Positions 1 through 10,764 are shown, counted from the whole stretch's first letter. The stretch: DNA of 59,146 nucleotides, filler included, from Candidatus Woesearchaeota archaeon (GCA_002685855.1; 4 parts of 4 records of this genome joined end to end with filler, not necessarily neighbours in it); one strand, 5' to 3'. Numbers and translations: made by a program. Notes: generated from the sequence alone by a model not told the origin.

Positions 1-138
1 CTGCCCCTGAAAAACTTTTCTACAACAACCAAGAACTCAAACCCTACGCCCTAAAGGACGTAGTACTCTTTATTTTCAGTATAGAAAAGAAATAGTTGTG
101 TTTATCATACTTACTTGTGAGTGATGAAAAAAATAAGA

Positions 139-146
139 TTTATAAA
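139..146 (+). promoter_or_regulatory. archaeal TATA box, probable leaderless transcript
   Basis: TTTATAAA with A-rich BRE-like sequence upstream, 23 nt before the ATG at 170. Confidence 0.55.
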
Positions 147-169
147 GAGGGAGGGGTTTCTTTAATAAA

Positions 170-1456
170 ATGAGCGAAGATATCTTTGGACGAAGTGAAA
201 AACTCTTGAAAGGAGTTGAAAGATTAGGCAAGTTCGGATCACGATTTAATTATTATCCCTATAAAGAAGCAGGGAGAATGATTGATAGAATGACGGGTCT
301 TGCTTCCGAAATACCCTCTTTTGATTCTCCGACTACTAACGAAGAAGTATTACAAACAGAGTTAAAAAGAAGATTGATTGGAGAGGCTTCTTATTTAGAG
401 CAGGTGTTGAGCGGTAGGAGATATGACTTTGATACTGTGGTTTCACTCCATGGAATTCCGTTTGAAGATATTGCCGTGTTACGACCTTGGCTTGAATCGC
501 ATAAAGATGAAACTCTTGAGGGAATTGAACGACTCTTTCAAACTTCAGACATTGAAAGTTTTGAGTTGGGTTTGCCAGTAGACATTCCCTCTGTTCGCAG
601 ACAGGCAGAGGAGTTTGCGGCAGTCCATATCCAAAAGTATCATAAAAGAATAGGAAGATTGTTAGAAGAATTGACAGAAGTTGGTGGGTTCTTAAGAGAT
701 ATAGATGCAGTTCCAACAACTGAAGCAAGATCTTATTTTCATCCATTAACAAAAACATTAGCAATAGGTATTGCTGCAATCTGCTATATAACAGAGGATG
801 AAAGTCTGCATATCAGAGAAAGAGATTTAATTACATTATACGGCCATGAAGGAATGGGGCATGCACTAAATGATGTTGTGACTGTTTCTAATGGATTACC
901 TTACTTTCTAACACACAGCACTTCATTGACCAAGACCACAAAAGAGTCTGTTGCTCAATTCTATGAAAAACAACTCTTTAAAGATCTTAGAGCCTCACCC
1001 GAAACACAGAAAGCACTAGGAATACAACATTTATTTGAAGAAATTTATAAGGAAGCAACAGATATTGATAATTTAAATAAATACTCTTTGAGACTCTACC
1101 AGTATGCAATTACTGTTCTTGCAAATAAAGAACTGGGAGACCCTAAAGATCCTGTTACAACTAAAAAGAAGATCGATTTAATTAGAGAGGTTACATTAGA
1201 TCCAACATATCCTGTTAATATTGTCGATCATACGCGAGACAAATTTGACTCAGAGGGAAATTTATCTCCTCAGATTGTTAGTGAACTTATCTATTGTGCT
1301 CAACCTGTACAACGTGCACTTCAAGAGTTTAGAAATTCAGGATCTCACTATGAAGGAGAAGGTCGAAGCAGAATTGATAGAACTCTATTAACAGGATTTT
1401 GGACACCGTTAGGGTTTGAACAAAATGCTTTGATAGAAGCAAGAAAAGACAAGTAG
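170..1456 (+). CDS. putative gluzincin-like metallopeptidase with HExxxH motif
   Basis: 428-aa ORF; HEGMGH followed about 26 aa later by TKESVAQFYE. Confidence 0.5.
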   Translation: MSEDIFGRSEKLLKGVERLGKFGSRFNYYPYKEAGRMIDRMTGLASEIPSFDSPTTNEEVLQTELKRRLIGEASYLEQVLSGRRYDFDTVVSLHGIPFEDIAVLRPWLESHKDETLEGIERLFQTSDIESFELGLPVDIPSVRRQAEEFAAVHIQKYHKRIGRLLEELTEVGGFLRDIDAVPTTEARSYFHPLTKTLAIGIAAICYITEDESLHIRERDLITLYGHEGMGHALNDVVTVSNGLPYFLTHSTSLTKTTKESVAQFYEKQLFKDLRASPETQKALGIQHLFEEIYKEATDIDNLNKYSLRLYQYAITVLANKELGDPKDPVTTKKKIDLIREVTLDPTYPVNIVDHTRDKFDSEGNLSPQIVSELIYCAQPVQRALQEFRNSGSHYEGEGRSRIDRTLLTGFWTPLGFEQNALIEARKDK

Positions 1457-1460
1457 GTCA

Positions 1461-1739
1461 TCATATCATTCTAATAAGAATTAGACCAAGTAGTATGATC
1501 ATAATAAGGGAGATTATTGCGAAGGTAATAAGATTCTTTCTTTTCTTCTTTTTAAGGATTGTGAGGCGTTGTTCGAATGTGGGTGCTGAGAGGTCGGGTT
1601 CTCCAGCTGGGTGGTAGGAAAGGATGATGAGGCCTTGATTCTGAAGTTCTTTTGCCCATTCTTCTATTTTTACAGTGGATGTTTTGAGGAGGGAGGCGGG
1701 AAGGAGATTTTTGTCCTTTTTTAGAGATATGTTTGTGTT
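1461..1739 (-). pseudogene. start-less open frame: wHTH-like segment plus C-terminal TM helix (remnant or non-canonical start)
   Basis: Open frame read by hand: ...ASLLKTSTVKIEEWAKELQNQGLIILSYHP...KKKKRKNLITFAIISLIMIILLGLILIRMI*; no ATG/GTG/TTG near the 5' end. Confidence 0.45.
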
Positions 1740-1785
1740 TCAAGGGATTTCTCTGTTTTTTAAGAAGGGAGGTTTAAAAATATTT

Positions 1786-2202
1786 CTAAATTACTTTGAT
1801 CTCTTTGAGATCTGGGAAGTAGCGCTGAACGATCTTTTCGAGTTCTCTAAGGTTTTGAGCACGTGCTCCGATGATAAGCCCTTTTGAGCGGGTGTCTTTT
1901 CCTGTAATTGTTACAATGTTATCTTGCTGGACGAGGTCCTGGACAGGTATGGGTGCTATCATGTTGATAATGAACTGGGGCATTACTTCTGAGTATTCGA
2001 CGATTTTAACTTTTTTCTTGAGAAGTCGTTCTAGTTTTTCGAGGTTTGACTTGTTTTTACCTAGTGCTCTGCCGAGTTCTCCTGGCAGTACCACGAAGAC
2101 GAGTTTTTCTTTTAGGAAGAAGGTATCTTTTAGTTTGGCTCGAGTTATTTTTTCAAATAATGACATGAAACGGATTGTGTCGAGGTCGTATTTGAAACTC
2201 AT
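1786..2202 (-). CDS. nusA: archaeal NusA (KH domains)
   Basis: GELGRALGKNKSN and GLIIGARAQN KH motifs; canonical position after rpl30e; ATGA overlap favours start at 2202. Confidence 0.93.
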   Translation of the reverse strand: MSFKYDLDTIRFMSLFEKITRAKLKDTFFLKEKLVFVVLPGELGRALGKNKSNLEKLERLLKKKVKIVEYSEVMPQFIINMIAPIPVQDLVQQDNIVTITGKDTRSKGLIIGARAQNLRELEKIVQRYFPDLKEIKVI

Positions 2203-2453
2203 TTTAGAAGGCCAAGAATAGCAACACAAAAAGGTTTTTTACAGAGGGTTCCAAGTTCGTCGTTTGTGATCTCGAGGTGGATCAGTTCTGTGTCTGAAAG
2301 GGAAATATAATGGTCGAGGTCTGCTTTGAGTGTTTCATCGCAATTTTTAGCTATGAAGATTTTTAAGAGTTTTGAGGCTCGTAATGCTTTCATTACTTCT
2401 TCTTTTCCAAGTAAGAGTTTGTCTGATCCTATAAGTTTCTTTATTTCTTCCAT
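2199..2453 (-). CDS. rpl30e: 50S ribosomal protein L30e
   Basis: IFIAKNC...ELGTLCKKPF motif; position in the RNAP operon. Confidence 0.92.
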   Translation of the reverse strand: MEEIKKLIGSDKLLLGKEEVMKALRASKLLKIFIAKNCDETLKADLDHYISLSDTELIHLEITNDELGTLCKKPFCVAILGLLK

Positions 2454-2454
2454 G

Positions 2455-3594
2455 TTACTTCACCTTTGTTACGAGTCCAGGGAGACCTGTTCCTACAGGT
2501 ACAACTTGGTTAAGCATGACGTTTTCTATGACACTTGAGAGTTTATCTCTGTCTCCCATCATTGCTGAATCCATTATATGTCTTATAGGGGTTTCAAAGG
2601 ATGCGCGTGCGAGTACTGAACTCTTGTCTTTTACTATTCCGTACCGGTTTATTCCGGAGACTTTTCCACCCATGCACATGGTGTCTGCGACAAGCATGAT
2701 GTGACGTATGTCCACGTTTAATCCTTGTGCCTGGATGACTTTGTAGAGTTCATCAATGATTATTGCTCGTGCTGCTTCGATTCCAAGGACTTTGTTTGTT
2801 TCGAAGATGTTGTTTGTTCGGGTTCTTGTTGTGTCAACGACTTCTAGTTTGAAGACGTCTTTGAGGTTTGATCCGAGGGTTACGATGAGGTATTCTTCTC
2901 CTCTTTTTACAGGGAGTACTTGTCGTATTCCTTTGATTCCATGAACATAGACGAGTTTAATTTTTTCTTTGAATTTGTAGAGGTCGTTGATGTTTTCGTC
3001 TTTTTCAGACATTTTTACGATAAGTTTATCTCCTTCGAGCTTAAAGGAACATGCTTTTACACTTTTTTGGAGGATTTTTATTAATTTTTCTGGTTCGAAG
3101 TTGAGGGCTTCGAGTTTTCTGCTGTCAAGTTTTATCTCCATGGTGAGTTGTGCTATGTCTATTGAAGCTTCTGAGATGAATTCGTCAAATTTTGTTTCTT
3201 TGAGTGATTCTGCAATTTTCTTTATATCTTTCCCTTTGTTAAACGGATCGTTGAGGTATATTTCCATCATTTCTGTTGATATCTCTTTTCTCCCATCAAG
3301 GATTTCAATGAGTCTTGGAAGACCTGTTGTGACGTTCATTTCAGATACGCCAGCGAAATGGAATGTATTTAATGTCATTTGTGTACCTGGTTCACCTATA
3401 CTTTCTGCGCAGACAAGTCCGACTGCTTCTCCGGGCTCAGCCACAGAGGTGATGTATTCCTGATATACTCTTTCAAATATTTTTTTTAGACGTGCAGGCG
3501 TGATTTTTTCTGGGAGAGACTTCTCTAGGTCCAATAGAATACTGGGTGGAAGTTTATGTTCGTATTCTTTTAAGAGTTTTTTTACATCTGCCAT
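2455..3594 (-). CDS. rpoA2: RNA polymerase subunit A'' (Rpo1C)
   Basis: [34 protein letters not shown]; probable start at MADVKK. Confidence 0.97.
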   Translation of the reverse strand: MADVKKLLKEYEHKLPPSILLDLEKSLPEKITPARLKKIFERVYQEYITSVAEPGEAVGLVCAESIGEPGTQMTLNTFHFAGVSEMNVTTGLPRLIEILDGRKEISTEMMEIYLNDPFNKGKDIKKIAESLKETKFDEFISEASIDIAQLTMEIKLDSRKLEALNFEPEKLIKILQKSVKACSFKLEGDKLIVKMSEKDENINDLYKFKEKIKLVYVHGIKGIRQVLPVKRGEEYLIVTLGSNLKDVFKLEVVDTTRTRTNNIFETNKVLGIEAARAIIIDELYKVIQAQGLNVDIRHIMLVADTMCMGGKVSGINRYGIVKDKSSVLARASFETPIRHIMDSAMMGDRDKLSSVIENVMLNQVVPVGTGLPGLVTKVK

Positions 3595-3598
3595 TTTA

Positions 3599-6163
3599 TT
3601 ACTCCGTGAGTTCAATAATTTTTTTAACGTTGATTGTTCCGCCTTCGCTTTTGCTTACGTCCATTCCGTCTTCGCCATAGCTGAACTGGATGATTCTTTT
3701 TGCGGAGTCTCTTACAGTGAAATCATATTCAATTTTTACGTCTTGAAGTGCGTTTGCCAGTCTTCGATAGAGGTATCCTGATTTTGGTGTTCTTAATGCG
3801 GTATCCATCATTGAATCTCTTCCTGTCATTGCCATGAAGAATAGTTCGTGTGGTTTTAGTCCTGATTTGAAGCCGTTTACGATGAATCCTCTTGCTGCAC
3901 TACCAAGGTCGCCTTTTTTGAAGCAGCTGAGGGTTCTTTCTTTAAATCCTGTTGCGATTCTTCCTCCACGCAGTGCTTGTTGACCTACGCATGCAGATAT
4001 CTGAGCGAGATTAATAAGATTTCCTCGTGCTCCGCTCTTTACCATGGTCATTGTGTCTGACCCTTGTGGTGCGTTTTGGGCGACAATTTCTCCTGACTCA
4101 TTTCTGGCTTTGTTTAGTGATTCTAGTATTCTGACTTCAAGGGTTTCAACCAGTGAACGTCCCGGGAGGAGTTCGAGTGTTCCTTTTTCGAATTCTTTGA
4201 TGTATTTTTCAACTTTTTTCATTGCATCCGAAAGTACGGTGTCAACTTCTTTTCTTGCTGTTTCTGAAAGGTCGGTGTCGTTGATGAGTGAGCTGAATCC
4301 GTATTTTAAGAGTGCTGCAATTCCTAATCTGTTAAAATTTCCTAAGAGTTCGATGATTGCTTTTTCTCCGTATTGTTTGTGGAGATTTCGTAGTAGAAGG
4401 CCTGATCCTTCTCCGAGGTTTGCGGAGTCCATGTATCCTTCGATGATTGTACCGTTTTTAATGATGACAGGATCTCCTGATTTTGTTTTTCCAATAAAGT
4501 TGAAATCTTTAGGGAGAAGTGCAGAGAAAATTTCTTTTCCTGAATGCTTTTCTTTTTTTGCGAGTCCTGAAAAGTCGGTTGCGCCAGCATAGGAAAGAAG
4601 ATCTATTGCTTCTGAATGGGGAATATCAACATTTCTTGTTAGGACATAGTTTCCTGATATACTGTCTTGTTTACAGGCGATGATGCTTAATCCATATCTT
4701 GGGCTGATAATTTGTGTTTGTACTTCCATAAGAATTTCTGCTTCTGCACGTGCTTCTTCTGTTTGAGGAATGTGTAGGTTCATTTCGTCTCCGTCGAAGT
4801 CAGCGTTGTAGGGAGCACATACTGCGGGATTTAATCGGAGTGTCAGGCCAGGAAGGACGCGTATTCTGTGGCACATCATGCTCATTCTGTGCAGGCTTGG
4901 TTGTCGGTTAAATATTGATATGTCTCCGTCCATGAGGTGGCGTTCTACAATGAATCCTGGTTCAAGTTCTTCAAGGAGCTGTTCTTTTGTTTCGTCAGTG
5001 ATTCTTTTTCTTCTTCCATCTGGACGAATAACATAGTTGGATCCAGGATATTCTTTAGGACCGTTCTGAATGAATTGTTTAAGGAATTTGAGGTTCCATT
5101 CTGTGACTCTTTCTGGAACTGTAAGTTTCATGGCAATCACTTTTGGAACGCCGACTTCGTTAATGTTGAGTCGAGGGTCTGGGCTGATTACGGTTCGTGC
5201 TGAGAAATTTGTTCGTTTTCCTGCGAGGTTATGTCTAATTCTTCCTTCTTTTGAGCTTATCCTGGCAGAGATGGTTTTTAGTGGCTGGCCGCTTCGGTGA
5301 CGAGCAGGCGGGAGTTGGGCGATTTCGTTGTCGAAGAATGTGGTGATATGGTATTGGAGGAGGTCCCAGAGGTCTTCAATAATTATTTCCGGGGCTCCGG
5401 CATTGATATTTTCAAAGAGACGCTGGTTGATACGGACGATGTCTCCTAATTTATGGGTGAGATCATCTTCGCTTCGTTCTCCGCTTTCGAGTGTGATACT
5501 TGGTCGCATTGTTACTGGAGGGATGGGTAATACTGTTAGCACTGCCCATTCGGGTCTCATTGAATCAGGTCTTATTCCAAATATTTTTAGGTCAGAGTCG
5601 GATATTCTTTCCAGTCGGGCTCTGACTTCGATTGGTGAGAGTCTTTTTTCGTCTTCTAAAAAGGTTGATGGTTTTTCGAGTGTTACTTTTGATTGTTTTG
5701 CATTACAGTGGGGGCATTTGCTTACTGTTTTGAGAGATGTTATGATCTCTTTTACTTGTCCTCTTCTTTCGGTTACTCCGAAGTTTAGGCTTATCTTCTC
5801 GAGAACGTTCATTGCTTTTTTTATTTTGTCGTCTGGTATTAATACGCGGCCGCATTGTTTGCATGAGCAGCGTAGGAGATCGAGAATGACGCTTATGAAT
5901 TTGATGTGTATGATTGGACGTGCGAGTTCGATGTAGCCAAAGTGTCCGATGCATTCTTTGAGCTTTGAACCGCATGTTTTGCATTTTAGTCCTGGATCGA
6001 TTACGCCGAGTCGTACATCCATGAGTCCTCCGTCAACAGGGTACCCTTCTTTGTCGTAGAGTTCGGGTGTAACGATTTTAGCTGAAGCTAATTCTTTAAT
6101 GAATTTTGGACTCATCATGCCAAATTCTATAATTTCAACTTTTTTATGAACGTGTTCATCCAT
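3599..6163 (-). CDS. rpoA1: RNA polymerase subunit A' (Rpo1N)
   Basis: Catalytic [11 protein letters not shown], Zn-binding CKTC...[14 protein letters not shown]. Confidence 0.98.
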   Translation of the reverse strand: MDEHVHKKVEIIEFGMMSPKFIKELASAKIVTPELYDKEGYPVDGGLMDVRLGVIDPGLKCKTCGSKLKECIGHFGYIELARPIIHIKFISVILDLLRCSCKQCGRVLIPDDKIKKAMNVLEKISLNFGVTERRGQVKEIITSLKTVSKCPHCNAKQSKVTLEKPSTFLEDEKRLSPIEVRARLERISDSDLKIFGIRPDSMRPEWAVLTVLPIPPVTMRPSITLESGERSEDDLTHKLGDIVRINQRLFENINAGAPEIIIEDLWDLLQYHITTFFDNEIAQLPPARHRSGQPLKTISARISSKEGRIRHNLAGKRTNFSARTVISPDPRLNINEVGVPKVIAMKLTVPERVTEWNLKFLKQFIQNGPKEYPGSNYVIRPDGRRKRITDETKEQLLEELEPGFIVERHLMDGDISIFNRQPSLHRMSMMCHRIRVLPGLTLRLNPAVCAPYNADFDGDEMNLHIPQTEEARAEAEILMEVQTQIISPRYGLSIIACKQDSISGNYVLTRNVDIPHSEAIDLLSYAGATDFSGLAKKEKHSGKEIFSALLPKDFNFIGKTKSGDPVIIKNGTIIEGYMDSANLGEGSGLLLRNLHKQYGEKAIIELLGNFNRLGIAALLKYGFSSLINDTDLSETARKEVDTVLSDAMKKVEKYIKEFEKGTLELLPGRSLVETLEVRILESLNKARNESGEIVAQNAPQGSDTMTMVKSGARGNLINLAQISACVGQQALRGGRIATGFKERTLSCFKKGDLGSAARGFIVNGFKSGLKPHELFFMAMTGRDSMMDTALRTPKSGYLYRRLANALQDVKIEYDFTVRDSAKRIIQFSYGEDGMDVSKSEGGTINVKKIIELTE

Positions 6164-6173
6164 TTTTCCCTCG

Positions 6174-7976
6174 TCAATATTTGCTCTTCAACTTCATTCT
6201 TGGATAGACCATTAAGGACTTTAATTCATCTAGTAAGAGTTTGAATGCATAACTTATTTCTACGTTTGAAATTGATACGTTTTCGCCGCAGGTTGGGCAG
6301 AAACTTCTGTTTTTTCGTGCATCATAGATCGCAATTACTCCACACGACTCGCATACAGGAACGATTGTTTTGTCTGCATCGAATCGTTCTTTTAAGAGTA
6401 TTGATGTTCCGTGTGCTACGAAGGTGTCTTTCTCCATCTCTCCGAGTCTGAGTCCTCCTTCTTTTGCGCGTCCTTCAGTGGGTTGTCGTGTAAGGAGCTG
6501 GATTGGACCTCTTGCCCGGGAGTGCATCTTGTTTGCTACCATGTGTTTTAGTTTCAGGTAGTACATGTTTCCGATAAAGATGTTTACTTTGAATTGTTTT
6601 CCGGTGTGTCCGTTGTAGAGGATTTCTGTTCCGTTTTCCCGGAATCCTAGGGAAGAGAGTTCTTTTCTGATGTCTCCTTCTGTTTCAGAGCTAAATGTTG
6701 TAGCGTCTATAAATCTTCCTGCCATTGCTGCTGTTTTTCCAGAGATGAGTTCCATAAGGTGGGAAACGGTCATTCTTGAGGGAATTCCGTGTGGACTGAA
6801 AATAATGTCGGGCTTTACTCCTGATGCTGAGAAGGGCATGTCTCGTTCGGGTACGACGAGGCCGATTACTCCTTTCTGGCCGTGCCGGGAGGTAAATTTA
6901 TCTCCAATCTCAGGTACACACATGTTTCTGAGTCTTACCTGAACTAGTTTATTTCCTTCATTGTTTTCTGTGAGGAGGACGAAGTCTACTACGCCATGTT
7001 CTCCGTGTGCTAATGTCATGCTGCTTTCTCTTTTGACGTTTGATGTGAGATTGTATTCGTCGAGGCTGCTGAGGAATCTGGGAGGAGAAACTTTTCCTAT
7101 GACTACGTGTCCTTCTTCAACTTTTGCTTCGGGAGAGATAATTCCGTCTCCTTCGAGAAATTTGTAGTCTTCTTCGCTTTTATAGCCTTTGACATCTTTG
7201 TCAGGGATTGAGATTTCATCGATAAGGCCGCCGCTGTAGCGGAGTTCTTCAGCAATTACCGGCCGATAGTATGATGAGCGGCCTAATCCTCTTTCGATTG
7301 AACCTTTATTGATAATGATTGCGTCTTCCATGTTGTATCCTTCATAGCTCATTACTGCTACAACAACGTTTTGTCCTGAAGGATGTTTTTCGTATTCGGA
7401 GATGTCGTGCATGATACTTTTAATAAGGGGAACTTGCGGGTAGTGCAGTATATTAACATCCATATCCATACGAACAAGAAAGTTTGTTGCATAGAATCCG
7501 ATGGATTGTTTCTGGTTTTTTGATCCCTGGTTGAGACGTACTCCATGATTGTGAGATCCAAATGGGACGAGGCTTGTGCAGATGCCAAATATGTCCAATG
7601 GAGTGATTTCCATGTGGGTATGTTCTTTTGTGAGTTCTTCTTCGGAAAATGCAACTAAGGTGTTTTCTTCTTCTGCTGCGTCGAGATATTCTATTACTCC
7701 TTGTTTAACAAGGTCGCTCCATGTGAGTCCTCCTTTCTGAAGTTGTGCGATATGGCGCTCTGACAGGAGAGGTTTTCCGTCTTTTACCACGATTAATGGA
7801 CGTATTGGACGACCACCTGAAATTTCTACGAATATTTGGTCTGTTTTTTTGTGATGAAAGATGTTTATTGATTCTGAGAGTTTTCCCATTCTTCGTGAAG
7901 AGATTACTTTATCTACAAAGTCTTCGGGGTCAGATACTTTACCTGTGTATTTATTATTTAGAAAAACGTCAGTCAT
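6174..7976 (-). CDS. rpoB1: RNA polymerase subunit B' (Rpo2C)
   Basis: GYNMEDA, GDKFTSRHGQKG, GGLRLGEME, C-terminal Zn finger. Confidence 0.97.
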   Translation of the reverse strand: MTDVFLNNKYTGKVSDPEDFVDKVISSRRMGKLSESINIFHHKKTDQIFVEISGGRPIRPLIVVKDGKPLLSERHIAQLQKGGLTWSDLVKQGVIEYLDAAEEENTLVAFSEEELTKEHTHMEITPLDIFGICTSLVPFGSHNHGVRLNQGSKNQKQSIGFYATNFLVRMDMDVNILHYPQVPLIKSIMHDISEYEKHPSGQNVVVAVMSYEGYNMEDAIIINKGSIERGLGRSSYYRPVIAEELRYSGGLIDEISIPDKDVKGYKSEEDYKFLEGDGIISPEAKVEEGHVVIGKVSPPRFLSSLDEYNLTSNVKRESSMTLAHGEHGVVDFVLLTENNEGNKLVQVRLRNMCVPEIGDKFTSRHGQKGVIGLVVPERDMPFSASGVKPDIIFSPHGIPSRMTVSHLMELISGKTAAMAGRFIDATTFSSETEGDIRKELSSLGFRENGTEILYNGHTGKQFKVNIFIGNMYYLKLKHMVANKMHSRARGPIQLLTRQPTEGRAKEGGLRLGEMEKDTFVAHGTSILLKERFDADKTIVPVCESCGVIAIYDARKNRSFCPTCGENVSISNVEISYAFKLLLDELKSLMVYPRMKLKSKY

Positions 7977-9454
7977 TCTTCCACCTCCAATCCAAGACCT
8001 TTAAGTGAAGCGAAGACTTCTTCTTCAGAAGCTTCTTTTGTTGTGCTACTAAGGAGTGCAAGGTTTTTTCTTAATCCGATGTTTGTTCCTTCAGGAGTTT
8101 CTGTTGCGCAGAGGCGACCTAAATGGGTTGCATGGAGTGCTCGTGCTGCAAAGTTTTCCTGGGTGTTGCTTAATGGGCTGATTACTCTTTGTAGATGTGA
8201 TAGTGTTTGTAAAAAGTTGAGACGTTCGATACGTTGACAGACTCCTTTTCTTCCTCCAACCCAGTTTCCTGTGGCCATACTGCTTTGGATTCTTTGGGAG
8301 AGAAGTTTGTCTCGAATAATGACTTTTATTGAGGGTATTTTTCCTCGTTTCACGATTCGTTGAAAGTTATAGAGCATGTCTCCGATTAATACTTTAAGGT
8401 TGATTCGAAAGAGGTCGGATAAGAGGGCTCCGCTCATCTTGATTTTTTTGTTCATGTAGTGATCTTTGTCATCTACGGGAAGTTCTTCTCCTGAAACTCT
8501 GATGAAGTGTTGGAGATATTTTGCAAGATTTTTTGCTTTTTGAAGTCTGTGTTCGGGAAGGACTCCTATATGTGGTAGGAGATATTTATCAAGGATTTCT
8601 CGTGTTCGTTCGACACGAATCTCTTTGCTTTGAGTAATTCCTATTTTTTTTGCGACAAAGTCTAAGGCGTCTTCATCGGTTTTTATATCCATGAATTCAT
8701 AAAGATTGACATAGACGTTTGAGTCTTCAGCCAGGTCTATGCTCTTCATAATTTCTTCATCTTTTAATACGCCTAATGCTTTAATAATAGGGACAATAGG
8801 GATTCTTTTTACGCGTGTGAATGTTATGTAGAAGATGCCGTCTTTGAGTTTTTCAATTGAGTGTGGAATTTTGTAGCTTCCACGTTCTGAAAATATGTTT
8901 CCTGAATATGCAGAGATTCCTGTGTTGTTTTTTGTGACCAGCATCTTATTAGGAGCGAGGTCTTCAATTTTTATTATTGTTTTTTCAGTCCCATTAATGA
9001 TGAAATAGCCACCGAGATCGTAAGGGTCTTCACCTTTTTTTACGAGTTCTTCTTTTGAAAGTTTGTGAAGATGGCAATACCTGCTTTTGAGCATTATGGG
9101 AAGGGTTCCAACCTGTGTTTGAAAACTTTCTCTTTGAATCCCGTTGATGTGAGCAGATATCTCCATATATATAGGAGCTGCATAGGAGAGTTTTCTGAGT
9201 CGGGCTTCTACAGGGTAGATGTTTCTCTTACTTCCATCTGCTTCTGTGATTTCGGGTTTTGAAACCCATATTTTGTCGAGTCGGATCTTCATATCATCTA
9301 CATTTATAGGGATTATTGTTGGTTCGATCTCTCTGTTTTCATCGATGATCTTCTGAAGTTCAAAATCAATAAAGTTGTTGTAGGATTCAATGTCTGCTTT
9401 AATGAAGCCGTTTTCTTCAAAGAATTTTTGGAGGAGAATATTGCTTTTATTCAT
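7973..9454 (-). CDS. rpoB2: RNA polymerase subunit B'' (Rpo2N)
   Basis: PVEARLRKLSY, GGYFIINGTEK, ETPEGTNIGLRKNLA. Confidence 0.97.
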   Translation of the reverse strand: MNKSNILLQKFFEENGFIKADIESYNNFIDFELQKIIDENREIEPTIIPINVDDMKIRLDKIWVSKPEITEADGSKRNIYPVEARLRKLSYAAPIYMEISAHINGIQRESFQTQVGTLPIMLKSRYCHLHKLSKEELVKKGEDPYDLGGYFIINGTEKTIIKIEDLAPNKMLVTKNNTGISAYSGNIFSERGSYKIPHSIEKLKDGIFYITFTRVKRIPIVPIIKALGVLKDEEIMKSIDLAEDSNVYVNLYEFMDIKTDEDALDFVAKKIGITQSKEIRVERTREILDKYLLPHIGVLPEHRLQKAKNLAKYLQHFIRVSGEELPVDDKDHYMNKKIKMSGALLSDLFRINLKVLIGDMLYNFQRIVKRGKIPSIKVIIRDKLLSQRIQSSMATGNWVGGRKGVCQRIERLNFLQTLSHLQRVISPLSNTQENFAARALHATHLGRLCATETPEGTNIGLRKNLALLSSTTKEASEEEVFASLKGLGLEVEE

Positions 9455-9686
9455 CGATTACCACCCGATAAAATGTGCTTACCTTTGCTGTTGGACTTTT
9501 TCTTTTGATTTTGACAATGTCGCCTACTTTTAAGGCGAGATGAGAGATGGCAGGATCTTTACTATTTATTTTAGGAAGTTCCTGTCCTGTAAGACCATAC
9601 TTTTTAAGGAGTTCTTCTTTCTCTTTATCAGAAATCTTTTGGTGTTCAGGAACCAATACATGAGTGATGTCGGGGTTTTCTGCCAT
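9447..9686 (-). CDS. rpoH: RNA polymerase subunit H (Rpo5)
   Basis: HVLVPEH...LPKI...DP...GDIVKIKRKSPTA...YRVV. Confidence 0.97.
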   Translation of the reverse strand: MAENPDITHVLVPEHQKISDKEKEELLKKYGLTGQELPKINSKDPAISHLALKVGDIVKIKRKSPTAKVSTFYRVVIDE

Positions 9687-9701
9687 TTTTTATGATTGAA
9701 A

Positions 9702-9835
9702 TGGGCCGGACGAGACCTTCAGATCGGTGTTGGGTGTCCAGCACCAATATTTGAACTCGCGACCCTCCGCTTAAAAGGCGGATGCTCTATTGTCCTATCA
9801 GGCGTTAGCCTTCATCCGGACTAAGCTACCGGCCC
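9702..9835 (-). tRNA. tRNA-Lys(UUU) with two non-canonical introns (D-loop 9790-9815; T-loop 59/60 9716-9749)
   Basis: Removing both inserts gives GGGCCGGTAGCTTAGTCCGGTAGAGCATCCGCCTTTTAAGCGGAGGGTCGCGAGTTCAAATCTCGTCCGGCCCA, a canonical cloverleaf; junction helices GTCC/GGAC and TTCA/TGAA carry 3-nt bulges. Confidence 0.92.
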
Positions 9836-9845
9836 ACAAGGAAAG

Positions 9846-9990
9846 CGCCCTGGCCGGGACTTTCAGTGGATTTTTTTTTTCCAATTTGAACCCGGGTCGA
9901 AGCCTTGCTGCTCGCATTGAACGACAGGGCTTCATGATAGGTTTCGCATCACCACAATGTGGATAATGAGCCGAGCTACACTACCAGGGC
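9846..9990 (-). tRNA. tRNA-Asp(GUC) with three introns (D-loop ~9941-9969; 37/38 9906-9921; 59/60 9860-9884)
   Basis: Spliced product GCCCTGGTAGTGTAGCTCGGCCTATCATGAAGCCCTGTCGAGGCTTCGACCCGGGTTCAAATCCCGGCCAGGGCG folds as an archaeal tRNA-Asp; BHB-like junctions. Confidence 0.92.
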
Positions 9991-10114
9991 GTATTTGGAA
10001 GGGATAAACATTCTTCTATCTAGCATGTGACGTGTAGATGATTAAGAACTTCCCCAACTGTCATTTTGAGTACTCATTTGAGCTTGCCCGGATCTCCTCA
10101 GAAACAGCACTCCA

Positions 10115-10122
10115 TTTATAAA
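10115..10122 (-). promoter_or_regulatory. TATA box upstream of the tRNA-Asp/tRNA-Lys/rpo unit
   Basis: TTTATAAA on the minus strand about 125 nt upstream of tRNA-Asp. Confidence 0.4.
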
Positions 10123-10158
10123 CGTTGTGGTTTTTTAAGGCCTGAGAACCTGAAAGGG

Positions 10159-10665
10159 CTATTTTTTCCTTTTTTTCGATCTTTTAGAGGATTTATTTGA
10201 GGTTTTTTTAGGTGTTTTCCTGGATTTTTTGGCAAGAGGGTGTTGAATGGAGATTACCCGAGTTTTCAGGGTTTTTCTTTTGTTTCCATCCAGGCCATAG
10301 GTTCCGGGGCCTGTTTCAGCTATAATAAGAAGACCTCCAAGGATGGCCAGGTTTTTAAAAAAGTGGATCTGTTGTGAGGGGTTGGTGAGTTCTCTGTGAA
10401 AGATGAGTGTTGTGATGATAAGGAAGAGGATGAGCAACCAGGCTCCTGTACGCACTTTATAGCCTAGGATGAGGGAGATGACGCCGAGAGCTTCTACGAG
10501 GACCGCAACGACAAAAAAGAAGGGGACTGCGACCATGTCTAAAGAGAGCATATAGGTCATTGTAGATTGAGGATCGAGGAGTTTTCCTAAGAGCGCCATG
10601 ACAAATATGAACGAGATAAGTATTCTTCCAAAAAAGAGACTCCAATCAAGTGCATTTTTTCCCAT
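10159..10665 (-). CDS. DoxX family membrane protein with Lys-rich tail
   Basis: GRILISFIF...VEALG...LG...HFFKNLAILGGLL...GPG.YGLD; four hydrophobic segments. Confidence 0.85.
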   Translation of the reverse strand: MGKNALDWSLFFGRILISFIFVMALLGKLLDPQSTMTYMLSLDMVAVPFFFVVAVLVEALGVISLILGYKVRTGAWLLILFLIITTLIFHRELTNPSQQIHFFKNLAILGGLLIIAETGPGTYGLDGNKRKTLKTRVISIQHPLAKKSRKTPKKTSNKSSKRSKKRKK

Positions 10666-10764
10666 GATAGATACCGTGTGTGCTCATTTATGAGATGTTA
10701 GAGATTATATAAATGTTTGGAAAGGATGGGATTCTTTATAAATGGATCCTGATTTCTGTTCATT

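Noticed and set aside
1552..1743. 63-aa ORF MKHKHISKK...
   Set aside because: No protein-like features; the overlapping frame 1461-1739 is more plausible
6174..9454. Split RpoB (and split RpoA) as a novelty
   Set aside because: Known, common arrangement in archaea
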